64,000 bases of DNA. It comes from an uncultured Candidatus Binatia bacterium (lineage in GTDB: Bacteria; Desulfobacterota; Binatia; UBA9968; JAJDTQ01). Location: positions 3,776,001 to 3,840,000 of the forward strand of contig OZ251459.1 of assembly GCA_965242525.1 (NCBI GenBank), in the 5' to 3' direction. The notes below the pieces were generated by a model that worked only from the letters and a program-made list of their open reading frames with translations, did no database searches and was not told the DNA's origin. The translations under genes were made by a program, and so were the position numbers. The first letter of the stretch is position 1, and every line of letters begins with the position of its first letter. Below are positions 28,444 through 38,755 of the stretch, one piece after another.

Positions 28444-28884
28444 GTGGCGTCCACCCGCACACGGGTCGTCCTGGTCCTGCTGGGGCTGACCGTCCTTACG
28501 GGCTGCCTCCGGGAGGAGGAGATGAAGATGGTCTATGCCCAACGCTGTGCGAGCTGCCACGGCCCGGGCGGGAGGGGCGACGGTCCCGTGGTCCGGGCGC
28601 TCTCGGTGAAGGCGCCGGACTTCCGCGACACGGTGGCCAAACTGGACGTGATCGAGATCCGCCGCATCATCAAGGAGGGCAAGGGCATCATGCCGGCCTT
28701 CCGGCCGGTCCTGGAGAAGCACCAGATCCAGGACATGGTGCGCATGGTGCGGATGCTGAGCATGGAGGGGCGCGAGACCGAATGGTGGGAGAGGTTCGAG
28801 CCTCTCGTCTGGGCCCACTGCTCGGTGCCCTGGCAGTACGTGTACGAGTACCCCGCCCCGGGCAACGACAAGGGGAAACCCTGA
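28444..28884 (+). CDS. Monoheme cytochrome c lipoprotein
   Basis: AAGGAGG RBS + GTG; lipobox LTGC; CASCH heme motif; GKGIMPAF axial Met. Confidence 0.85.
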   Translation: MASTRTRVVLVLLGLTVLTGCLREEEMKMVYAQRCASCHGPGGRGDGPVVRALSVKAPDFRDTVAKLDVIEIRRIIKEGKGIMPAFRPVLEKHQIQDMVRMVRMLSMEGRETEWWERFEPLVWAHCSVPWQYVYEYPAPGNDKGKP

Positions 28885-29188
28885 ACGATCATCCCCGTTC
28901 GTCCTGAGCCTGGCGCCCTGTTCTTGTCATGCACGGCGAATATGTCCCGCGCCGCATCTCTGCTGACAGAGCGACTGTTACAGGGTACTGGCAACAATTA
29001 ACCCCGTTCGTCCTGAACCTGGTGAAGCATCCGTCCTGAGCTTGGCGCAGCATCCCCGTTCGTGCTGAGGTAGCACGAAGCATCCCCGTTCGTCCTGAGC
29101 GTAGCGAAGCGAAGTCGAAGGACGCGCTCGAAGGACGCGCTTTCCCGCAAGGAGAGGGAGTCCGGGCCGGAACGGATCGGACGTTCCG
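28874..29188 (+). repeat. MITE-derived region with several partial tandem copies of the core and one full core (29084-29126)
   Basis: GGAAACCCTGAACGAT end followed by repeated CATCCCCGTTCGTCCTGAGC-like units. Confidence 0.8.
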
Positions 29189-29206
29189 GGGGATCGTAAC
29201 GCAGTG

Positions 29207-30529
29207 TCAGGCGGCCGCGCCCGCAGGCGCCGGTCCCAGCGGGGGCGCCGCCTTCCTGGGCCGGATGCCCAGGGCGAACGCCGCGGCCATGAGTCCCATC
29301 CACCCACCGGCGAAGAACGCCATCTCGTATTCGCCCACGTAGTCGTAGAGCAGGCCGCCGCCGTTGGCCATCAGGGAACCGCCTATCTGGTGCGCCAGGA
29401 AGATCCAGCCGTAGATCCGCCCGATGGACTGCTTGCCGAAGGTCTGGCCCGCGATGGCGACCACCGGGGGAACGGTGGCGAACCAGTCGAGCCCATAGAC
29501 GACGGTGAAGATGAAGAGCCCGGGCACGTCGGTCACGAACGTCAGGTAGAAGAGCGCCGCTCCCCGCAGCGTGAACACCGCGGCGATGAGCTTCCGCGGG
29601 TCCACCTTGTCGGTCAACCATCCGGAGAACAGGGTGCCGACGATGTTCAGGCCTCCCATGACCGCCATGGCTGTGGCCACCGTGGCCGCCTCGAATCCGC
29701 GCTCCAGCGCGTGCGGCAGCAGATGGGTCCCGATGAGCCCGTTGGCGGTGCCGCCGCAGATGGAGAAGACCCCGCACAGGAGCCAGAAAGTGGGGGTCTT
29801 GACCGCGTCCCGGATGCCCATGACCCGGCCTACGGGCTTCGGGGCGTCCGTATTCGGCCCTGCCGGGGCGGGTTCGGCCCCGGGTCCCTCGTCGTAGGGC
29901 TCCAGCCCCACGTCCCCGGGTTTGTCGCGCATGAACATCCACACCAGCACCGCGGCAGCGGCGGTGCAGGCCACTAGCACGTTCGTGCCCGTGCGCCAGC
30001 CGACGTAGGCGACCAGCGCCAGCATGAACGGGATGAAGACGATCTGTCCCGAGGAGCTGCCGCTGCTGAGGATGCCCACCGCGAGTCCGCGCCGGGCGTT
30101 GAACCACCGATGCGCCACGGAAGCGGAGAGCACGCCGGACATGCCGCCGGCCCCGAGCCCCACCATGACTCCCCAGGTGAGCCAGAACTGCCACAACTCG
30201 TTCACGTAAGTGGCGCTGTACAGCCCCCCGGAGAGCAGGATCAGCGAGGTCAGCATCACCCGGCGCGGCCCGTACTTGTCGAGGATCCAACCCACCACCG
30301 GGGCGGCGACCCCGTAGAGCAGGAGGTTGATGGAAATCCCGAAGGTGATGGCGAACCGGGACCATCCGAAGTCCGCTTCGAGGGGATGGATCAGCACGGT
30401 GGGGACCACGCGGATGCCGGCCCCGTTGAAGCTGGAGAAGAAGGTGACGGCCACGATGAGCCACCCGTAATGGAAGGGCAGCGAGATGGGCGGGCGCGGC
30501 TTGGCCTGGGGGTTCCCGGGATAGTCCAT
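29207..30529 (-). CDS. MFS transporter
   Basis: About 12 hydrophobic helices; GWILDKYGPRR motif A; WFNARRGLAVG. Confidence 0.92.
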   Translation of the reverse strand: MDYPGNPQAKPRPPISLPFHYGWLIVAVTFFSSFNGAGIRVVPTVLIHPLEADFGWSRFAITFGISINLLLYGVAAPVVGWILDKYGPRRVMLTSLILLSGGLYSATYVNELWQFWLTWGVMVGLGAGGMSGVLSASVAHRWFNARRGLAVGILSSGSSSGQIVFIPFMLALVAYVGWRTGTNVLVACTAAAAVLVWMFMRDKPGDVGLEPYDEGPGAEPAPAGPNTDAPKPVGRVMGIRDAVKTPTFWLLCGVFSICGGTANGLIGTHLLPHALERGFEAATVATAMAVMGGLNIVGTLFSGWLTDKVDPRKLIAAVFTLRGAALFYLTFVTDVPGLFIFTVVYGLDWFATVPPVVAIAGQTFGKQSIGRIYGWIFLAHQIGGSLMANGGGLLYDYVGEYEMAFFAGGWMGLMAAAFALGIRPRKAAPPLGPAPAGAAA

Positions 30530-30611
30530 TGGATCTCACTTTCCGGGGGAGCGGGGAGACGGGGGAAACGAAGGTCCCTGCGAAGGCCCCGTCCCCGTCC
30601 CCCGGTCCCGG

Positions 30612-31589
30612 CTATTTCGGCAACGCGTCGCGCATGGCCTGGGTGTATTTGGTGTAGCTCTTGACGTAGTTGTCCAGGTCGCTCTCCGCGGCCTTGGAGT
30701 CCCCCGGCACGATGGGGCTCTTGGACTTGGCCAGGAACTCCCGGTATTCCGGATCGTTCATGGCCTTGACGAAGAGGTCCTCCAGGATCTTCTTCCGGTC
30801 GTCCGGCAGACCCGGTGGCGCCACGATGCTGCGGCCCACGTAGAGGCGGAGGTCGATGCCCTTCTCCTTTGCCGTCGGGGTGTCCGGAGCGTTGACCGGC
30901 CTCTGGTCGTGCAGGTGCAGGACCGGCCTCACGTCGCCCGACTTGATGTAGGAGGCGGTGGTGGGGTGGTCGATGGGCTGGAGATAGACGTCGAAGTCGT
31001 TCCGGATCATGGCCGGTATGCCCTCGCTGGTGCCGCGGTACCCGGACACCACGTCCATCTTGATGCCGAGCTCCCTGGCCGCCACGAACGTGGGGATCCA
31101 GCGCGACACGCCGATGCCCTCCACGCCCCACTTCACGCGGTCCGCCTTCTGGAGGTCTTCGAGGGTGTGGAAACGGGAGTCCTTGCCGACGATGAGGCTG
31201 TAGGGCTCGGCTCCCACCCGCGCGATGTAGGTGAACTTGGTGACGTCGTAGCCGGTCTTCTCGGCGCCGCTGATCAACTGCTTGCCGAGCATGCCGTCGG
31301 TGAACAGGTGGCCCAGGGTGTAGCCGTCGGGCCTCGCCTTGTACATGGCCACCGTGCCGATGACCAGTCCGCCGCCGGTGATGTTCTTGACCACGATATG
31401 GACGCCCTCGGGCAGGTACTTCCTCATGGTCCTGCCAATGGCCCGGGCCAGCCGGTCGAACCCGCCGCCGGGAGACCCCGCGACGATGATGGTGATGTTC
31501 TTCTTCGGGAAGTCGGCAGCCGCAACGGTCCTCGACTGCGCCAAGCCCACCAGGGCCGCCAGCAATGTCAACGCAACCCATTTCCTCAT
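30612..31589 (-). CDS. Tripartite tricarboxylate transporter substrate-binding protein (TctC/Bug)
   Basis: Signal peptide; FPKKNITIIV..SPGGGFD; ARPDGYTL; AAGGAGG RBS. Confidence 0.92.
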   Translation of the reverse strand: MRKWVALTLLAALVGLAQSRTVAAADFPKKNITIIVAGSPGGGFDRLARAIGRTMRKYLPEGVHIVVKNITGGGLVIGTVAMYKARPDGYTLGHLFTDGMLGKQLISGAEKTGYDVTKFTYIARVGAEPYSLIVGKDSRFHTLEDLQKADRVKWGVEGIGVSRWIPTFVAARELGIKMDVVSGYRGTSEGIPAMIRNDFDVYLQPIDHPTTASYIKSGDVRPVLHLHDQRPVNAPDTPTAKEKGIDLRLYVGRSIVAPPGLPDDRKKILEDLFVKAMNDPEYREFLAKSKSPIVPGDSKAAESDLDNYVKSYTKYTQAMRDALPK

Positions 31590-31866
31590 GACGTCCTCCT
31601 TGTCCGTGGCTTCGCACCCGCCCGATTCCCGGGATTCCCGAGGTTTCGGGATTCCCAAGAGAAACACCATCCGGGAAGGTGTTGTCAAACCCTATTCTCG
31701 CGGGGGGTTCTTGCGCAGGTCCTCGGACCGCCCCGGAACGGGAGGCCGTCGGCCCGGCGTGGCGCGGCTGTCCGGCAGGGGTTCGCCCCCCGATCCGGCG
31801 AGAGTCAGGCAAGGAAACCCCGGACGATCCGGCAAGAGCAAGGCAAGGAAACCCCGGACGACGATT

Positions 31867-31909
31867 CCCCGTTCGTCCTGAGCGTAGCGAAGCGAAGTCG
31901 AAGGACGCG
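31867..31909 (+). repeat. MITE core repeat, preceded by duplicated GGCAAGGAAACCCCGGACGA ends
   Basis: Sequence match; the 20-bp end is duplicated at ~31808 and ~31842. Confidence 0.85.
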
Positions 31910-31924
31910 CTTATCGCCATCCGC

Positions 31925-32167
31925 TCAAGTGAAGTCCGGCGGTTCGCGTATCGGATCCCGCGGGGGCAGTTGCAGTTCCACTCCGCCCAAGGGGGCGAAG
32001 CGGGCGCGTATGGCTTGCGCCAAGTTCTCCGGCTCGGTCCGGGGCCGGACCGCATCCCGCAAGATGATCCGCGCTTCTTCCTCCATGGAATGGCCCCGCT
32101 CGGCCGCCCGCATTCGGAGCCGGGCCTTCACACTGTCTTCGAGGTTTCGGACCGTGATACTCGCCAT
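31925..32167 (-). CDS. FitA-like ribbon-helix-helix antitoxin (no toxin follows)
   Basis: MASITVRNLEDSVKARLRMRAAERGHSMEEEAR...GGVEL; GGAGG RBS. Confidence 0.88.
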   Translation of the reverse strand: MASITVRNLEDSVKARLRMRAAERGHSMEEEARIILRDAVRPRTEPENLAQAIRARFAPLGGVELQLPPRDPIREPPDFT

Positions 32168-32212
32168 AGCCTGCCCTCCATCGCTTGGAAGACAACTTTC
32201 GATGAGCGCGAG

Positions 32213-32593
32213 ATGTCTCCTGAACTGGTCCATTCAAAACGCCACGCGGATGCCCATGCTCCGAATCGTCCCGATGAACAATACGAATATCTGTCCTGTC
32301 AAGAAGGCGGAACGGGACAACTGGACCGCATGTTCAGGGAACCTGGCGACAAACGCGCCAAGTCCCTCGAGCGAATCATCCGGAACAGGATGGTATATCT
32401 GGCAGTCTTCTACAGGAACGAACAGACAAGGTGCAAATGCATCTATGAAATGGATCCCGCGGTCGTGCTCAAAGAGACCGGACGCCAGCTCGATCAAAGC
32501 AGAAACGTCATCTCCCACGTGGGATTCTCCGAAGCCTGGGCAAGGCAGAACGGCCGCGTCGTCTATACCAATCCTTCCTTCGAACCTCGGTAG
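32213..32593 (+). pseudogene. Probable 5'-truncated restriction-endonuclease-like fragment (PvuII-like pattern)
   Basis: DA...QYEYLS, YLAVF..., IYEMDP, ...QNGRVVY; lower GC; no clear RBS. Confidence 0.4.
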
Positions 32594-32739
32594 CGAACGG
32601 GACAGGCTCCGAACGGAATCCGTGGCGACGGAAATCGGGGATGATGCCCGGGCTCGCAACATGGCCGCGCATGTGGTAGGTTGCGGCAACTTCGAGTTCA
32701 TTCCGCACTTCGACGACTATCGTAACGCAGGGAGGCCAT

Positions 32740-33543
32740 ATGCACTGGGGTATGGAGAACAGACTGGCGCGCATCATCCGACCCGAGGATGGGCGCTGTG
32801 TGATGCTGGCGGTGGACCACGGCTACTTCCTCGGTCCCACCAGTGGGCTGGAGCAACCGCGGGAGACCATCGAGCCGCTGCTGCCCCACGCCGACGCCAT
32901 CATGCTCACCCGCGGGGTGCTGCGGAACGCGGTGGACGCGGCCATGCCGGCGCCGGTGGTGCTGCGGGTGTCCGGAGGAACGAGCATCCTCAAGGAACTC
33001 TCCAACGAGGACATCACCGTGTCCATCGAGGACGCCATCCGGCTCAACGTCTCCGCCATGGCGCTGTCCATCTTCGTGGGCTCCGAGTACGAGAAGGAGA
33101 CCCTGGTGAGCCTGGCGCGGCTGGTGGACGAGGGCGAGCGCTACGGCATTCCCGTGCTCGCGGTCACCGCGGTGGGCAAGGACATGGCGCGGGACGAACG
33201 CTACCTGGGTCTGTCCTGCCGCATCGCTGCGGAGCTCGGCGCCCACTTCGTCAAGACCTACTACTGCGAGGACTTCGAGAACGTGGTGGATAGCTGCCCC
33301 ATCCCGGTGATCGTGGCCGGCGGCAAGAAGACCCCGGAGACGGAGGCGTTGCAGCTCACCCGGAACGCGGTGGACCACGGCGCGGTGGGGGTCGATATGG
33401 GCCGGAACATCTTCCAGTCCGACGCCCCCGCGGGAATGATCCGGGCGGTTCGGGCCATCGTCCACGACGATGCCTCGGTCGAGGAGGCCTACGGGATCTA
33501 CGAGTCTTCGAGGCCCTCCGCGGCGGAGCGGGCCGCGGGTTGA
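32740..33543 (+). CDS. LsrF-like class I aldolase/thiolase (DhnA family)
   Basis: MHWGMENRL, LAVDHGYFLGP, VKTYY, IVAGGKK, VDMGRNIFQ. Confidence 0.9.
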   Translation: MHWGMENRLARIIRPEDGRCVMLAVDHGYFLGPTSGLEQPRETIEPLLPHADAIMLTRGVLRNAVDAAMPAPVVLRVSGGTSILKELSNEDITVSIEDAIRLNVSAMALSIFVGSEYEKETLVSLARLVDEGERYGIPVLAVTAVGKDMARDERYLGLSCRIAAELGAHFVKTYYCEDFENVVDSCPIPVIVAGGKKTPETEALQLTRNAVDHGAVGVDMGRNIFQSDAPAGMIRAVRAIVHDDASVEEAYGIYESSRPSAAERAAG

Positions 33544-33652
33544 CCCGGGGCCCGACGCCGATGGGGCGGCTTCGCTGACGGACACGTCGGCGCACGGCCG
33601 CCAGGACCTCCCTCGCGCCGCCGGACCCCGGCCCGGACTTCGGGAACGAGCC

Positions 33653-34681
33653 ATGCGCGTCGCCATGTACTACAGCAACGACGACGTCCGGGTGGAGGAG
33701 GCGCCGGTTCCCTCCGCGGGCCCGGGCGAGTTGCTGCTCCGGGTCCACGCCAGCGGCATCTGCGGCACCGACGTGCTGGAATGGTACCGTCGCAAGCAGG
33801 CGCCGGTGGTGCTCGGACACGAGGTGGCCGGCGAAGTAGCCGAGGTCGGACCCGGAGTCGAGGCTTTCGCCCCCGGCGACCGCATCGTCGCCACCCACCA
33901 CGTCCCCTGCCAGGACTGCCGCTACTGCCGTTCCGGGCACGCCTCCGTGTGCCAGCTCATGCGGCAGACCCGCTTCGACCCCGGAGGCTTTGCCGAGTAC
34001 CTGAAGCTGGCAAAGGCCAACGTGGATTCCGGCGCCTTCCTCCTTCCCGACTCCCTGTCCTTCGTGCAGGGCTCGTTCGTGGAGCCGCTGGGCTGCGTGG
34101 TCCGGGCATGGGACCATGCGCGCGCCCCCGTGCAGGAGACCGTGCTGGTCATGGGCGCCGGCATCGCCGGCCTGCTGCACGTCCAACTGGCCCGGAGCCG
34201 CGGCGTGAAGACCCTGGCGGCCACGGACTTGAACGAAGAGCGCCTGCGTCTCGCCCGGTCCCTGGGCGCGCACGAGGCCATCCCTGCCGGGGACGACGTA
34301 CCCGCGCGCCTGCGGGAGGCGAGCGGCGGACGGCTGGCGGACCTGGTGGTCGTGTGCACCGGGGCGGCCCCGGCCATCCGGCAGGCGTTCCAATGCGTGG
34401 AGCGCGGCGGCACGCTGCTCTTCTTCGCCTCCGCCCCCGAAGGGCAAGCGGTGCCCGTGCCGTTGTACGAGATGTGGCGCGACGAGGTGAGGCTCGTCAC
34501 CTCCTACGGGGCAAGCCCACAGGACCTGGAGAAAGCCGTCGAGCTACTGGCGGGGGGAAAGGTCCTGGTGGACCGCCTCGTTACCCATCGACTGGCGCTG
34601 GCCGAGACGGGGAAGGGGTTTCAACTGGTGGCCAACGCGCGGGACTCGCTCAAGGTCATCATCGAGCCCCAGCGGACCTGA
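33653..34681 (+). CDS. Zn-dependent medium-chain alcohol/polyol dehydrogenase
   Basis: GICGTD, LGHEVAG, CxxCxxC structural Zn site, GAGIAG. Confidence 0.92.
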   Translation: MRVAMYYSNDDVRVEEAPVPSAGPGELLLRVHASGICGTDVLEWYRRKQAPVVLGHEVAGEVAEVGPGVEAFAPGDRIVATHHVPCQDCRYCRSGHASVCQLMRQTRFDPGGFAEYLKLAKANVDSGAFLLPDSLSFVQGSFVEPLGCVVRAWDHARAPVQETVLVMGAGIAGLLHVQLARSRGVKTLAATDLNEERLRLARSLGAHEAIPAGDDVPARLREASGGRLADLVVVCTGAAPAIRQAFQCVERGGTLLFFASAPEGQAVPVPLYEMWRDEVRLVTSYGASPQDLEKAVELLAGGKVLVDRLVTHRLALAETGKGFQLVANARDSLKVIIEPQRT

Positions 34682-34697
34682 CGGTCCGCGGTCCGGG

Positions 34698-34904
34698 TCA
34701 CTCGGTCTCCGGTGCTTCCGGCCGCGCTTCCCTGACCTTGCCCGCGGCCACCTCGCGCAGGGCCACGACGATCTCGCGGTTGTCCGACTCCACCAGGGGC
34801 TTGGCGCCCTTGAGGAGCTGCTTGGTCCGGCCGGAGGCCAGCATCACCAGCTTGAAGCGGTTGGCCACTTGGTCGAGACAGTCTTCCACGGTAATTCGCG
34901 CCAC
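34698..34904 (-). CDS. rpoZ: RNA polymerase omega subunit
   Basis: (M)[17 protein letters not shown]...ALREVA; GGAGG RBS + GTG. Confidence 0.95.
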   Translation of the reverse strand: MARITVEDCLDQVANRFKLVMLASGRTKQLLKGAKPLVESDNREIVVALREVAAGKVREARPEAPETE

Positions 34905-34969
34905 TTCATGCCCTCCGACTACGCGGGCAGCGCGCCGGACCGGGAGCGAAGCCCGGTTCCGACCGGCCG

Positions 34970-36007
34970 CTACGCCATGCTCCGCTGCTCCGGCAGGCCT
35001 TCCTGCTCCGGGGTCTCGACCTCGAACCCCATGTCCTCGATCATCCGGTGGGCGTCCGAGGCGGCTTGGCCCGACATGGTAAGGTAACCGTTGACGAATA
35101 GGGAGTTGGCCGGGTACAGGCTCAGGGGCTGTAGCGAACGCAGGTTCACCTCCCGGCCGCCCGCCACCCGTATCTCCTTGCTCGGGTTGACCAGACGGAA
35201 CAGGCACAGCACCTTGAGGCAGTACTGGGGCGTCAGGTTCGACCGGCCTTCCATGGGGGTTCCGGGTATGGCGTGCAGGAAATTGACCGGGATGGAATCC
35301 ACGTCCAGCTCGCGCAAGGACACCGCCAAGTCCACCACGTCCTCGTCCTGCTCCCCCAGGCCGACGATGCCGCCGCCGCACGTGGACAGCCCCGCGGCCT
35401 TGACGTTCTCCAGTGTAGCCACGCGGTCGTCGTAGGTATGGGTGGAGCAGATCTCCGGGTGGTAGCGGCTGCTGGTGTTCAGGTTGTGGTTGATCCGCTC
35501 GACGCCGGCCTCCTTGAGGATCCGCGCCTTGGATTCCGTGAGCAGCCCCATGCAGGCGCACACGTTGATGGGCACCCGGCGCTTGATCTCCGCCACGGCC
35601 TCGGCCATCTTCTCGGTCTCCCGGAGGGTCGGACCGCGGCCGCTGTTCACCAGGCAGAAGCGCATGGCGCCCGACTCCCTGGCCCTGACCGCGGCCTCCA
35701 CCAGCACGTCCTTGGCCAGGAACGGGTACTTGTCGATGTCCGCCCCGGAGACCGACGACTGGGAGCAATAGCCGCAGTCCTCCGGACAGAGTCCGCTCTT
35801 GGCGTTCATCAGCACGTGGATCTGCACCTTCTTGCCGAAGTAGCGGTAGCGGACGCGGAACGCCGCCTCGATCAGCTCCGGCAGCCGTTCGTCGGCGCCG
35901 TGGATGACCGACTTCATCTCCTCGGGCGACAGCAGCATCCCGTCGAGGGCCTTCTCCGCGAGGGCCGCGTACCTCGGCTCCGCCGTGCTCGGCTCCACCA
36001 TGTTCAT
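34970..36007 (-). CDS. bioB: Biotin synthase
   Basis: [17 protein letters not shown] radical SAM motif, NHNLNT, SIPVNFL, RVAGGRE; start 36007 or 36001. Confidence 0.95.
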   Translation of the reverse strand: MNMVEPSTAEPRYAALAEKALDGMLLSPEEMKSVIHGADERLPELIEAAFRVRYRYFGKKVQIHVLMNAKSGLCPEDCGYCSQSSVSGADIDKYPFLAKDVLVEAAVRARESGAMRFCLVNSGRGPTLRETEKMAEAVAEIKRRVPINVCACMGLLTESKARILKEAGVERINHNLNTSSRYHPEICSTHTYDDRVATLENVKAAGLSTCGGGIVGLGEQDEDVVDLAVSLRELDVDSIPVNFLHAIPGTPMEGRSNLTPQYCLKVLCLFRLVNPSKEIRVAGGREVNLRSLQPLSLYPANSLFVNGYLTMSGQAASDAHRMIEDMGFEVETPEQEGLPEQRSMA

Positions 36008-36093
36008 GGGGCTTTCGTGTAACATGGAGGGTGGGAACTTGCAACCGGCGGCCCGCAGGGACGCGCGCCCGGCCGGAAGGCTCCCGGGGCGCC

Positions 36094-36582
36094 TCATCCC
36101 ACGAAGAGCGTGAAGACCGCGCCGCTCTGGTTGGATACCCGTCTGGGACGCAGCAACCGCGGCTCGGGAGACAGCGCGCTCCGCGCGATCTCCCAGTTGG
36201 TCTGGGGCAACGGCTCCAGGGCGCGGATCTCCTCCAGCGACAGGTACGCCGCCCGGTCCACCTCGCGCCGGTCCGGCTCGGGCTCCGCGGTCAGACCCCT
36301 GAGCAGCAGCACCACGTAGAGGCTGTTGCCGGACCCCGGGTCGAACCGGCTGCGCACCCCCAGCACGCCTTCGACCTCGGCCTCCACCCCCGCTTCCTCG
36401 GCCACCTCCCGGACCACCGCGGCCTCCACGGTCTCGTCCGGCTCCACGAACCCTCCGGGCACCTGCCAGTTGCCGCGGCCGCGCCGGGACGCGCGCCGGA
36501 CCAGGAGCAGGCGCCCCTCCCGCACCACCGCGCCGCCGACCCCGACGTTGTACCCCTCGTTGTAGCGCTCCGGTATCGCCAT
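36094..36582 (-). CDS. NUDIX hydrolase
   Basis: [24 protein letters not shown] Nudix box. Confidence 0.92.
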   Translation of the reverse strand: MAIPERYNEGYNVGVGGAVVREGRLLLVRRASRRGRGNWQVPGGFVEPDETVEAAVVREVAEEAGVEAEVEGVLGVRSRFDPGSGNSLYVVLLLRGLTAEPEPDRREVDRAAYLSLEEIRALEPLPQTNWEIARSALSPEPRLLRPRRVSNQSGAVFTLFVG

Positions 36583-36700
36583 GCCGTCCTTTCCGCCCGC
36601 GGGGAGCCGTCCGCAATTCGGTTCCGAGGCTCCGGCATGTTATACCTTGGCCCCGGAACGCGAGTCCAGCAGCGCCGGACCGGCCGGCGGAGAAGCATCC

Positions 36701-37447
36701 ATGGTCGATGCCCTGGGCTGGCGGCGGAAGTTCGCCGTCATCGCCCCGTCCACGAACACCTCGGTGCAGCCCGAGTTCGACGACATGAGGCCGCGGGGAG
36801 TGACCAACCACTTCGCGCGGATTTGGATACCGGACGACCCCATCCGGGACGACGGGGACTTCGAGCAACTGATGCGGAACATCCGCGCCGAGGTGGACAA
36901 CGCCATCGACCGGGTGATGACGTGCCGGCCCGACTACCTCATCATGGGCATGTCCTCCGAAACCTTCTGGGACGGGGCCGAGGGCAGCCGGCGGCTGCTG
37001 GCGTCGGTGGAGGATCGGGCGGGGGTCCGCGCGGCCATGGGGTCGTACGCGTCGCTGGCCGCCCTGGAGGCCTACGGCGGCATCGAGCGCATCGCGGTGG
37101 TCACGCCGTACATGCCCGTCGGAGACGCCCAGGTGGCGCGCTTCTTCACCGACTGCGGGTATCGGGTGGTGCGCCTCAAGGGGCTCCGGTGCGAGAGCCC
37201 GGTGCAGATCGCCCACGTGCCCGCGGACACCCTGCGGGCCGCGGTGCTGGAGGTGGACGGCGACGACGTGGACGCGGTGGTCCAGGTGGGCACGAACCTG
37301 GCCATGGTCCGGCTGGCCGACGAAGCCGAGCGCCGGCTCGGCAAGCCGGTCATCGCCATCAACGCGGCCATCTACTGGTACGCCCTGCGGCAGAACGGGC
37401 TGTCGGACCGACTCCGGGGATTCGGCGGGTTGCTGGCGCGGTTCTGA
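36701..37447 (+). CDS. Asp/Glu racemase superfamily protein (maleate isomerase / arylmalonate decarboxylase-like)
   Basis: IAPSTNTSVQPE, IAVVTPY, VGTNL, KPVIAINAA. Confidence 0.82.
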   Translation: MVDALGWRRKFAVIAPSTNTSVQPEFDDMRPRGVTNHFARIWIPDDPIRDDGDFEQLMRNIRAEVDNAIDRVMTCRPDYLIMGMSSETFWDGAEGSRRLLASVEDRAGVRAAMGSYASLAALEAYGGIERIAVVTPYMPVGDAQVARFFTDCGYRVVRLKGLRCESPVQIAHVPADTLRAAVLEVDGDDVDAVVQVGTNLAMVRLADEAERRLGKPVIAINAAIYWYALRQNGLSDRLRGFGGLLARF

Positions 37448-37471
37448 ACCGGGAAGGATGCGGGAACGCTC

Positions 37472-38263
37472 ATGGAGCCGACGGTCTATCGAGTCCCCGG
37501 GTGGGAGTCGGAACCCGGTCTGGCGCACGGGTTTCTGGGCCGGGGCGGCGGCCACAGCCAAGGCGCGTACGCGGGCCTCAACCTCTCCTTCGACGTGGGC
37601 GACGACCCCCGGGCGGTCAAGGACAACTACTGCCGCATGAAGGGCGCGGCGGGCATGCGCGGCGCGCGGCTGGTCACCATGCGGCAACGGCACGGCGACG
37701 CCGTCATCGACGTGGCCGAGGCGCGCAAGCACGCCGGCGACGGGGACGCCATGGCCACCGCCGCCCCGGGGGTGTTCCTGGGCGTGCTCACCGCGGACTG
37801 CGCCCCCATCCTGTGCTGGGCGCGCACAACGCGGGGGAGGCTCGCCGCGGTGGTCCACGCGGGCTGGCGCGGGACTCTGGCCGGGTTGGCGGCCAAGATG
37901 GTGCGGCACATGGAAGGCCGTTACGGCGCCGCGCCCCAACACCTGTGGTGGGCCCTGGGACCCACCGTGGGAGACTGCTGCTACGAGGTCGGCCGCGACG
38001 TTGCCGAACCCCTGGTGCGGACCTGGGGCGAGAAGGCGGAGTCCTCGCTCCGGCGCGCGGACGGCAGGACCTTCCTCGACCTGAGGAAGTTGAACGCCGC
38101 GCTCCTCCTGGCCGCGGGCGTGCCCGCGGAGCGGATCGCTTCGGTAGGTCCCTGCACCGCGTGCAACCCCGCGGCGTTCTTCTCCTACCGCAGGGAATCG
38201 CGCAAGGGCGCCGGCCCCACCGGACGCCAATCCAGCTTCATCGGGTGGTCGGAACCCCCGTGA
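37472..38263 (+). CDS. pgeF: Peptidoglycan editing factor PgeF / YfiH family
   Basis: HGF, QRHG, TADCAPIL, VHAGWRG, CCYEVG, FFSYRR. Confidence 0.92.
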   Translation: MEPTVYRVPGWESEPGLAHGFLGRGGGHSQGAYAGLNLSFDVGDDPRAVKDNYCRMKGAAGMRGARLVTMRQRHGDAVIDVAEARKHAGDGDAMATAAPGVFLGVLTADCAPILCWARTTRGRLAAVVHAGWRGTLAGLAAKMVRHMEGRYGAAPQHLWWALGPTVGDCCYEVGRDVAEPLVRTWGEKAESSLRRADGRTFLDLRKLNAALLLAAGVPAERIASVGPCTACNPAAFFSYRRESRKGAGPTGRQSSFIGWSEPP

Positions 38264-38284
38264 CCCCGCAAACGAAGGCCCGAA

Positions 38285-38687
38285 GGAAACCCTGAACGAT
38301 GGCGCTTCAGGAATTCGTGTGGATTGCGACACTCCCCATCCCGTCATTCCCGCGAAAGCCCCGTCTCGTGATTCCCGCGGACGCCCACCCATCGTCATTC
38401 CCGCGAAAGCGGGAATCCAGACCCTGCGAGCAAACCCCATGGCCCCTGTATGGGAGATTTGTACAACGAGAGCGAGGAAAGCGGATGGATTCCCGCCCCC
38501 GCTTCCGCGAGGACATGCTTTCGCGGGAATGACGGGGGCAGGCATGTGCGGGAATGACGAGGCGGGGCGTCTGCGGAGCAATGACGGCGTGACCCCTTTC
38601 CCTCCTACCTTACCCACACGAAAGCCGGAAGAACCTGAACGATTACCTCCCGTTCGTCCTGAGCGTAGCGAAGCGAAGTCGAAGGAC
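38285..38687 (+). repeat. Repeat cluster: TIR-like end (38285), several GTCATTCCCGCGAAAGCGGGAATCC palindromes, MITE core (38649-38687)
   Basis: Direct sequence matches. Confidence 0.85.
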
Positions 38688-38693
38688 CCGCGT

Positions 38694-38723
38694 TTGACAA
38701 GTCCCCCTCGTTTCTCTTAGGAT
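38694..38723 (+). promoter_or_regulatory. sigma70 promoter for a small stand-alone transcript
   Basis: TTGACA-N18-TAGGAT. Confidence 0.7.
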
Positions 38724-38755
38724 AGGGGCCAGCAGGGAAAGGAGGTGGTCAAAAC

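Noticed and set aside
28884-29140. Short repeats with intervening sequence resembling a CRISPR array
   Set aside because: Units are degenerate fragments of the MITE core with irregular, non-unique spacing; no cas genes
34970-36007. Radical SAM enzyme as a maturase for the GC peptide
   Set aside because: It has all the BioB signatures and no RRE/SPASM domain; biotin-dependent carboxylase genes nearby explain it
34970-38617. 1215-aa ORF suggesting a giant BioB fusion
   Set aside because: Only the last ~345 aa are BioB; the upstream part is an open antisense or alternative frame over NUDIX, the racemase-like gene, pgeF and repeats
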